Shown here in pieces: positions 1 to 5,735 of a DNA stretch of 16,180 bases. Within the stretch, counting starts at the first letter, position 1. Every line of letters starts with the position of its first letter. Location of the stretch: NCBI GenBank assembly GCA_902384455.1, contig CABMCB010000019.1, positions 1-16,180 on the forward strand, given 5' to 3'. The notes under the pieces are model-generated. The model saw nothing but the letters and a program-made list of their open reading frames with translations, ran no database searches and was not told where the DNA came from. A program made the position numbers and the translations under genes. The DNA is from an uncultured archaeon (GTDB lineage: Archaea > Altiarchaeota > Altiarchaeia > IMC4 > SCGC-AAA252-I15).

Positions 1-821
1 AACTCAAAGGCCTCCTTGTCAACGAACTCCTGCGGTACACGGTCACCCACGAAAGCGTCAATGATGATTACGTCATAACCCCCCTCATGCTCCCTAAGAA
101 AAGTCAAGCCGTCAATCTCATGCTGCCTAACATCGCCCTGAACCCCGCCAACATACTCCCCCAAAGCATCCATCACGCCGACAGTCGGGTCAACAGCGTC
201 AACAACGCAGTCAACGAAATGAACGTACTGCCTAGCGACAGTCCCGCCGCAAACCCCCACAAGAAGAACGCGAGAAACAGGCCTAAGAAAAACAGGAGCA
301 AGACACAAATCCCAATAACCCCCAGTGAAAGGCGACTTCAAACACGCCAAAGTGAACACAAAATTCTCGCCGCCAACAAGAGGCCTAACCTTCAGCATAT
401 TACCCAGCCTTTCAATCCTCACGCCGGATTCAGGAAGCTCAGAAACCACATGCGGCTTCAAATCCAAATTGCCTTCAACATAAACAAGCTGAATCAAAGC
501 AGGAAGAAGATAAGGATTAATCTCAAGCGCCCTCTCAGCAGCCATCTTAGCGTCACCGTAACGCCCCAGACGAGCCAAAATAAGACTCCTCATGTAAGGC
601 CCGTTGGCGTCGAGTTCGCGGTCGCGCCTAACATACTCGTCCACCCCCTCAAGCGCCTCATCAAAGCGGCCTAGGTGGTAGTACGCTAGCGCCCGATTGA
701 AATAGCACTCCTTATCGTGCCCCGCCTTAAGGGCTTCAGTATAACGTAATGCTGCTTCCTCGTATCTGCCGCTTGCGTAAAGGCTGTTCCCCTCAACAAT
801 TAAATCGACTGAGGAAACCAT
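1..821 (-). CDS. TPR-repeat + spermidine synthase-like class I SAM-dependent transferase; 3' end runs off the window
   Basis: Hand translation from ATG at 821 is open to base 1 (273 codons). N-terminal TPR-like helices: GNSLYASGRYEEAALRYTEAL, YFNRALAYYHLGRFDEAL, RSLILARLGRYGDAKMAAERALEINP. C-terminal Rossmann motifs: RVLLVGVCGGTVARQ, DGLTFL, YDVIIIDAFVGDRVPQEF. Not in the ORF track because the stop lies outside the window. Confidence 0.85.
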   Translation of the reverse strand, partial: MVSSVDLIVEGNSLYASGRYEEAALRYTEALKAGHDKECYFNRALAYYHLGRFDEALEGVDEYVRRDRELDANGPYMRSLILARLGRYGDAKMAAERALEINPYLLPALIQLVYVEGNLDLKPHVVSELPESGVRIERLGNMLKVRPLVGGENFVFTLACLKSPFTGGYWDLCLAPVFLRPVSRVLLVGVCGGTVARQYVHFVDCVVDAVDPTVGVMDALGEYVGGVQGDVRQHEIDGLTFLREHEGGYDVIIIDAFVGDRVPQEFVDKEAFE

Positions 822-883
822 GTATTCAACTGGGTCGCGGGGAAATAAGAGCGCTTAATTGCGGGGGGGCTTATCTCTTAACC

Positions 884-1564
884 ATGAAGGTAATAGACGT
901 TTCGCTCACCCTCTCGCCAAACATGCCCACTTACCCCGGCGACCCAAAGCCGAAGTTCACCCCACTGCAGACCATCGGAAAAGACGGGTCTGCCTTCACT
1001 TTACTAGAGTTCGGCTCCCACGCGGGAACGCACGTAGACGCCCCAGCGCACTTCATAAAAAACGCAACAACAGTCGACGCAATACCCCTTGAAGCGCTTG
1101 TCGGATCTGCGAAAGTGTTCGACCTCACCCGCATAAAAGAAGCGATAACATCAAAAGACCTGGAGAAATTCAAAATCAAAAAAGGCGACAGAATCCTACT
1201 TAAAACAAGAAACTCACGCATCACCCCCAAAAAGAAATCCAACAAAAAGTTCGTTCACCTAACGGAATCAGCGGCCGAGTACCTGGCGGAAAAAAAAGTT
1301 CTGGCTGTCGGCATAGACTGTCTGTCGATAGAAAAATTCGGCGAAAAAAAACACTCGGTGCATAAACGCCTTTTGTCCGCCGGCATAGTGATAATCGAGG
1401 GCTTAAACTTGAGTGATGCTCCTGAAGGGGAGTGTTTGCTAGTTTGCCTGCCTCTTAAGGCGTTAGGTTTAGACGGCGCTCCCGCGAGAACGGTGCTGAT
1501 AAAAAACCCGCAGAATAAGTCCGACCATCAAGAAGCCAAGAAAAGCGGGAAAAGCAAGCATTAA
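884..1564 (+). CDS. Cyclase family metal-dependent hydrolase (kynurenine formamidase/arylformamidase-like)
   Basis: Signature HAGTHVDAPAHF, plus VGIDCLSIE, H...LL..G..IIEGLNL and LPLK..GLDGAPAR. Start placed at ATG 884 (MKVIDVS), the usual family N-terminus; the longer 749 start would overlap the divergent gene. Confidence 0.93.
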   Translation: MKVIDVSLTLSPNMPTYPGDPKPKFTPLQTIGKDGSAFTLLEFGSHAGTHVDAPAHFIKNATTVDAIPLEALVGSAKVFDLTRIKEAITSKDLEKFKIKKGDRILLKTRNSRITPKKKSNKKFVHLTESAAEYLAEKKVLAVGIDCLSIEKFGEKKHSVHKRLLSAGIVIIEGLNLSDAPEGECLLVCLPLKALGLDGAPARTVLIKNPQNKSDHQEAKKSGKSKH

Positions 1565-2221
1565 ACTTACAGTTATTCCCGTCCAAAACGCGAGCATTAA
1601 AAGAGCGCTAAACATCAACTTGGCCGGCGCAATCTGATGTTTTCCAGGCAAATTCCCTTTTGAAAGCAGGTAATACATGGTCGAACCAACCGTTCCGGCT
1701 GCGAACCAGCCCGCGAAATTACTGGCCGGTACCCCATAGTACGCTCCCGGATTACTCCACACCCACAAGCCTACCGAGGAAGCGGCTGGGTCAATCATCA
1801 AATTCATCAAAACCAAAAACACGGCACTTGCTGCCAGAAAAAAAAACGCGTTCCTAAAGAAAAGCCCCGCCAAAGTCGCTGACGCCAAAACAAGAGGAAT
1901 CCAGGCGAACGGAACAGTCCAAGGAACCAAACCAAAAACCAGTCCCCCCATCTTGTCCGTGTAAGAAAAAAAACCGTAAGGAAAACCGCTTACAACGCCA
2001 AAACCCTCAACAAAAAACGAAAAGGCGCTTAATGAAAAAAGAATCAAAACGCTCCGCCGTAAACCCGCCGACTTAACCAAATAATAAAACGAAGGCAAAG
2101 CGCTCAACACAACAAAAAACCACACGCCCTCCCCCGAAGACGACTTAAGCCAGGAGGCAGCCGTAAAACCCGCAACAAACAACAAAAAAACCAAACCAAA
2201 AACCAGCCAAAACCTACTCAT
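1469..2221 (-). CDS. Carotenoid biosynthesis membrane protein (CruF / bisanhydrobacterioruberin hydratase-like)
   Basis: Multi-pass hydrophobic protein with family motifs EGFGVVSGFPYGFFSY, GLVPWTVPFAW, LMIDPAA, GLWVW and YYGVPASNFAGWF. Confidence 0.8.
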   Translation of the reverse strand: MSRFWLVFGLVFLLFVAGFTAASWLKSSSGEGVWFFVVLSALPSFYYLVKSAGLRRSVLILFSLSAFSFFVEGFGVVSGFPYGFFSYTDKMGGLVFGLVPWTVPFAWIPLVLASATLAGLFFRNAFFFLAASAVFLVLMNLMIDPAASSVGLWVWSNPGAYYGVPASNFAGWFAAGTVGSTMYYLLSKGNLPGKHQIAPAKLMFSALLMLAFWTGITVSLMLAFPAFLGFLMVGLILRVFYQHRSRGSAV

Positions 2222-2260
2222 CTTACGCTGAAAAGAAAAGCAAAACCAAGACGCAAAAAC

Positions 2261-2458
2261 CTAAAAACCAGTGACCTCAGTCCTCTTGTCGCCGTCGTAA
2301 CTGTACGTCTTCCCAGAATCCTCATCAAGCGTCTTAATGTGGCTGTTATCACAGAACGGCCGAGTCTTGCTCAAACCGCACATGCAAATCCGCACGTTTG
2401 CGCCGCCAACCTTAACTTCCCTGGGACCCTGATCCTCAAACCTCACAACACGAGCCAT
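2261..2458 (-). CDS. CDGSH-type iron-sulfur domain protein
   Basis: ICMCGLSKTRPFCDNSH matches C-x-C-x2-S-x3-P-x-C-D-G-S-H with G changed to N. Strong Shine-Dalgarno GGAGGTG upstream. Confidence 0.9.
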   Translation of the reverse strand: MARVVRFEDQGPREVKVGGANVRICMCGLSKTRPFCDNSHIKTLDEDSGKTYSYDGDKRTEVTGF

Positions 2459-2465
2459 AACACAA

Positions 2466-2472
2466 CACCTCC
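2466..2472 (-). promoter_or_regulatory. Shine-Dalgarno site of the CDGSH gene
   Basis: CACCTCC on + reads GGAGGTG on -, ending 7 nt upstream of ATG 2458. Confidence 0.75.
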
Positions 2473-2503
2473 ATAAAACGTACGTAACCTAATGTACGCC
2501 CCC

Positions 2504-2511
2504 TTTTATAT
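2504..2511. promoter_or_regulatory. Putative TATA box between the divergent CDGSH and tRNA-Ala genes
   Basis: TTTTATAT about 32 nt upstream of the tRNA-Ala 5' end; reads ATATAAAA on the - strand towards the CDGSH gene. Confidence 0.5.
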
Positions 2512-2542
2512 GAATATGCCACCAATCTATATACTCCAAAAA

Positions 2543-2616
2543 GGGCTCGTAGATCAGTCCGGTAGATCGCTCCCTTGGCATGGGAGAGGCCTCGGGTTCA
2601 AATCCCGACGAGTCCA
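2543..2616 (+). tRNA. tRNA-Ala (GGC), no intron, CCA not encoded
   Basis: Acceptor stem GGGCTCG/CGAGTCC with the G3:U70 Ala determinant, anticodon arm CTCCC-TTGGCAT-GGGAG, T-loop TTCAAAT, discriminator A. Confidence 0.97.
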
Positions 2617-2618
2617 CT

Positions 2619-2717
2619 TGAGCCCCTTTCTTTCTTTAGAAAAGAAAGAAAGGCCCTCGGGTTCAGCGAAGAGCAAAGCTCTTCGCGAACACGAAGTCAC
2701 AAATGACTTCGTTGTTC
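2619..2717. repeat. Cluster of three perfect inverted repeats in the tRNA-Ala/tRNA-Pro spacer
   Basis: CCTTTCTTTCTTT-AGA-AAAGAAAGAAAGG (2625-2653, 13 bp); GCGAAGAGC-AAA-GCTCTTCGC (2666-2686, 9 bp); ACGAAGTCA-CAAA-TGACTTCGT (2691-2712, 9 bp, extendable by GAAC/GTTC). Confidence 0.85.
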
Positions 2718-2739
2718 AAAGAAAGAAACATATCAAGTT

Positions 2740-2866
2740 GGGGCCGTGGGGTAGCTTGGTCTATCCTACCAGCTCGGGGCTCCGTCGACGAACAAACCGC
2801 CTCCCGTAAGGCGGCCTACGATGGGACGGAGAGCTGGTGACCCGTGTTCAAATCACGGCGGTCCCA
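2740..2866 (+). tRNA. tRNA-Pro with a ~52-nt intron at 37/38 (about 2780-2831); anticodon GGG in the best structural register, CGG in the alternative
   Basis: Acceptor GGGGCCG/CGGTCCC+A, archaeal Pro-type D-arm GGGT-AGCTTGGTCTA-TCCT, anticodon stem CCAGC/GCTGG, variable loop TGAC, T-arm CCGTG-TTCAAAT-CACGG. The insert forms a relaxed bulge-helix-bulge with outer helix TCCGTCG/CGATGGG. Confidence 0.92.
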
Positions 2867-2868
2867 AA

Positions 2869-2900
2869 TTTCTTTTTTTCTTATTCGTATTTTTCCTTTT
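2869..2900 (+). terminator. Oligo-T archaeal terminator after tRNA-Pro
   Basis: TTTCTTTTTTTCTTATTCGTATTTTTCCTTTT directly downstream of the tRNA. Confidence 0.6.
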
Positions 2901-2916
2901 ACTCGTAATCTATTTT

Positions 2917-3519
2917 ATGCCTGCGTTGCGTCCGCCTGTGCTTACGCCTTTTCTACCCCAGTTCATAAACAGGGAGCTCTACGTAATCCACAAAGGCAGA
3001 CGACAAGGCAAGACAGCAACCCATTCAATAGAAAACCTGATACTCCACTTTACAGTCTGGGTTCCGTGGGTTGCGGTGCTCATCTGGACCGGCTTCACCG
3101 GCATACCCCTAATTCTCATGGCAACATTAAGCCCCCTTTCCCCCCCGCTGCACATAGCATTACGGGGCATACAAAACCAGGACCCTAAAGTCAACGTATC
3201 CGAACGAGGCATACTACTAAAAAACTTTTTGGACAAAAACTCCCTCATACCCTGGGGCGACATATCCAAACTGAAACTGGAAGTGGAAGTCGGCCTCGAA
3301 TACGGTACGCCATGCATCGACGAACGCCTCGTAATACAGCGGCAGGACGGCTCGGAAATCGTCCACGGCGTATTCAACCACCAGGTGGTACGCCAAGCCC
3401 TAATTGGATACCGGCCTGTGGAGGTGGTTTGCAAGGGAGTACTGCCTTTGTCTGAGGCGCAAAGGCTCATTGACGAAAGAACAGTCCAGCAAAAGCCGTT
3501 CGACTGGCTGATTAAGTAA
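2917..3519 (+). CDS. Hypothetical membrane protein with a probable PH-like soluble domain
   Basis: Start moved to ATG 2917 because 2821 lies inside tRNA-Pro. Hydrophobic segment LILHFTVWVPWVAVLIWTGFTGIPLILMATL is followed by VNVSERGILLK...IPWGDISKLKL, a pattern typical of prokaryotic PH-like domains. Confidence 0.65.
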   Translation: MPALRPPVLTPFLPQFINRELYVIHKGRRQGKTATHSIENLILHFTVWVPWVAVLIWTGFTGIPLILMATLSPLSPPLHIALRGIQNQDPKVNVSERGILLKNFLDKNSLIPWGDISKLKLEVEVGLEYGTPCIDERLVIQRQDGSEIVHGVFNHQVVRQALIGYRPVEVVCKGVLPLSEAQRLIDERTVQQKPFDWLIK

Positions 3520-3571
3520 ATGTTTTTGGTTTTAGGTTTGCAGTGCGTGTATTAATTTTGAGGTTGTTTCT

Positions 3572-5086
3572 GTGTCTCCTGGTTCACCGGGGCCAATCGA
3601 CCCAGGCGATGACCCCTATCAGAGGGGTGGGCGGAAAGGCAGTCTGCCTGAGCCTAAGCCCATGTTTCGGGTTGATGTGGGCCGCTTGACTTCTGAGGTT
3701 GATGGTTTCAGGCGTATGAGGGTTGAGGCGCATGATGTCCTGGGTTTTGTTTCTTGGGAAAATAAGGCGGGTGGGCGTTGTCTTGACCCTAAGCTGGTGT
3801 GCGATAAAGTGCAGGGTCTTCTGGGCGGTGAGGGTTTGTCGCCGGTTCCTTGGGAGTATGTTGGGCGGTCTGTGTTGGATGCTTTGATGCTCAATCCCTA
3901 TGTTGCAGTTGAAGGCGGCAAGGTCGTTTGTCCGCAAAGTCTTAAACCTCCTTTTGTGGAGTCATTGACTAAATCTTTGGTCGGCTACATGCAGGGGGTG
4001 AATAGAGACTCCCCTCCGTTGAGGTACGATGACCGCTTTACTGTGGCGCGCGCACTAAGCAAAGGAGAGTTGTTCTCTGACGGCCAGGACGCGGACTTTA
4101 ACGCCGTTTTTCCGCAGGTCATACATGACGCAGGCGGAATTGAAGGGAATTTTCCCGGCAACTTCTGGGACCCAAATAGAGCAGAGATTCCCGGCATGGG
4201 AGGCGGATCAAGAAGGAGAGTGCTCAAGGCCAACCAGGAGATGACTGCCGCAATAATTACGGCCATAGGCGGAGTTCCCGGAAGAAGCCGTTTTGCAGAG
4301 GCCGGAGCCGGCTGGGGGGACTTCATAGAGTGGGTTCCTCCTGAATTCAGGGGGGATTTTACTCATGTGGAGTGGAACGACAACTTCATCCGTCACCTTA
4401 CAGGCAGGTTTCCAGACGCGAACGTGCAAAAGGGAAACGTCTACCGTCTATCTCAAATGTTTCCTCCCGAATCATTGGACGGAATATTCGGGTTAACCAC
4501 ATTCTCCTCGTTCACCAACTTAGACCGCGTGTTGGACGAAGCGTGGAAGGCGCTTAAGCCCGGCGGTTACGTTGTGTCAATCCACGATTCGGTGCTGCCA
4601 AACGACCAGCAGGTTGCCGGCGAATTGAGCCGCAGAGGAATGTTCGGAAACTCCACGAACACGTTCTGGTTTCCAGACGAAGGAACAAGAGACACGCTAT
4701 CGCGGATGCTTCCGCCCGACCCGATGACTCCATTGGAGCCGGACGTATGGAGGGCCGCCGCCATGTTACTGCACAGGACTGCGGCGGTCGAAAACATGTA
4801 CGAGTACTTCTACAAGTGGATTGAAACCGAAGCTGCGTTCAGGGGATTCAGGTTTAGGTCGCCTGTTGGACCTAAGCACATGGTGACTACCGCTCCGCGG
4901 GAATCCTGCCATGGAACAAACGTCCTGCAGGAAATGGGCTTTCTTGAGGGCCCTATGCTTATCAGCATGAACCCTCCGTCAACAGAACCGTTCCCTTACC
5001 TCAGGGAGGTCGGAGAAGCATGCGGGACCGCAAGCGTAATAGAAAGCTCAGTTCTATGGGTCATGCTTGCGCAGAAGCCGGAATAA
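3572..5086 (+). CDS. Class I SAM-dependent methyltransferase with long uncharacterised N- and C-terminal regions
   Basis: Motif I AEAGAGWGDF, acidic motif II HVEWNDNF, then QKGNVYRL..FPPESLDGIF and LDEAWKALKPGGYVV. GTG start with SD-like GAGGT upstream; exact start uncertain. Confidence 0.8.
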   Translation: MSPGSPGPIDPGDDPYQRGGRKGSLPEPKPMFRVDVGRLTSEVDGFRRMRVEAHDVLGFVSWENKAGGRCLDPKLVCDKVQGLLGGEGLSPVPWEYVGRSVLDALMLNPYVAVEGGKVVCPQSLKPPFVESLTKSLVGYMQGVNRDSPPLRYDDRFTVARALSKGELFSDGQDADFNAVFPQVIHDAGGIEGNFPGNFWDPNRAEIPGMGGGSRRRVLKANQEMTAAIITAIGGVPGRSRFAEAGAGWGDFIEWVPPEFRGDFTHVEWNDNFIRHLTGRFPDANVQKGNVYRLSQMFPPESLDGIFGLTTFSSFTNLDRVLDEAWKALKPGGYVVSIHDSVLPNDQQVAGELSRRGMFGNSTNTFWFPDEGTRDTLSRMLPPDPMTPLEPDVWRAAAMLLHRTAAVENMYEYFYKWIETEAAFRGFRFRSPVGPKHMVTTAPRESCHGTNVLQEMGFLEGPMLISMNPPSTEPFPYLREVGEACGTASVIESSVLWVMLAQKPE

Positions 5087-5156
5087 ACCTATGGTTTGTT
5101 TCTATTGCGCATATCCTACTCTACCCTTTATTTTTCCGTCGGCCTATTTTACTATC

Positions 5157-5465
5157 GTGCGCAAACCTTCAGTTCAATCCCGGCTTTTCGGAGGCATTGA
5201 GGAAGAGGAGAAACCTCATCATCCTCCTGAGAAGAAGGATTCTTCAAAGAAGCTGGAGCATGAGGAAGAAGGCCGTATGACTAAAATAAGCAGCCTATAC
5301 AACATCCTGCGAGACCTGCCTTCGCCAACGCTCCCGTTAATCAAAGAAAAAGCGCACGCAAAAAAAATTCCTGAAATAGAAGTGGTGGAGCTCCTTGACG
5401 CAATGCGCAAAGAAGGAATAGTGTACGAACCCCGCCAAGGAATATTCAAGCTGGTGGACGAATAA
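5157..5465 (+). CDS. Small protein with a C-terminal winged helix resembling the archaeal MCM/RPA C-terminus
   Basis: C-terminus EVVELLDAMRKEGIVYEPRQGIFKLV resembles the MCM C-terminal winged helix. The start is uncertain (5067, 5091, 5157 or 5277); GTG 5157 chosen because a T-rich TATA-like tract lies about 25 nt upstream. Confidence 0.6.
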   Translation: MRKPSVQSRLFGGIEEEEKPHHPPEKKDSSKKLEHEEEGRMTKISSLYNILRDLPSPTLPLIKEKAHAKKIPEIEVVELLDAMRKEGIVYEPRQGIFKLVDE

Positions 5466-5468
5466 AAA

Positions 5469-5735
5469 CTACCACACCCTCTCGAACGGCAGATGCCCAA
5501 AGTGGAAAAGCAAATCAAGACCCAGCTTCTCCGCCTGCATGGTCTTCAAGTCGCATGCGCCGTAAGTCGGGTCAAGAAAAACTATCGTAGTCGCGCCCGT
5601 TTCATCCTCAATCTTCCTTGCGACTTCAACAGCCTTCTGCTTCAGACCCTCAGGAAACTGCAGTCCCACTCTCTTGGCGCTCGCTCCTTTGATTTCCGAT
5701 ATTACTCTGTCCAACTCAAGGTCGTATTCACTCAT
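5469..5735 (-). CDS. dph2: Stand-alone N-terminal domain of diphthamide biosynthesis protein Dph2 (88 aa)
   Basis: RVGLQFPEGLK, DPTYGACDL and DLLFHFGH are the Dph1/Dph2 domain-1 motifs. The start overlaps the infB stop by 8 nt. Confidence 0.85.
   Translation of the reverse strand: MSEYDLELDRVISEIKGASAKRVGLQFPEGLKQKAVEVARKIEDETGATTIVFLDPTYGACDLKTMQAEKLGLDLLFHFGHLPFERVW

Noticed and set aside
87-674. 195-aa + strand ORF
   Set aside because: Antisense shadow of the TPR-methyltransferase gene; its N/K/P/H-rich composition follows from the A/C-rich strand.
749-883. N-terminal extension of the cyclase ORF
   Set aside because: Overlaps the divergent gene and its promoter region; family similarity starts at ATG 884.
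2261-2458. CDNSH instead of CDGSH as a novel ligand set
   Set aside because: All four ligands (3 Cys, 1 His) are intact; the Gly position is not a ligand.
2492-2916. ORF 2492-2809 and the 2821 start of the next ORF
   Set aside because: They overlap the tRNA genes, and the apparent hydrophobic segment (FLFFLFVFFLLL) is the translated oligo-T terminator.
2867-5465. Integrated element downstream of tRNA-Pro
   Set aside because: No integrase or transposase, and I found no duplicated tRNA-Pro 3' end by eye.
5219-5518. Possible frameshifted continuation of Dph2
   Set aside because: The translation shows no Dph2 domain-2 motifs; it is the antisense of the winged-helix gene.
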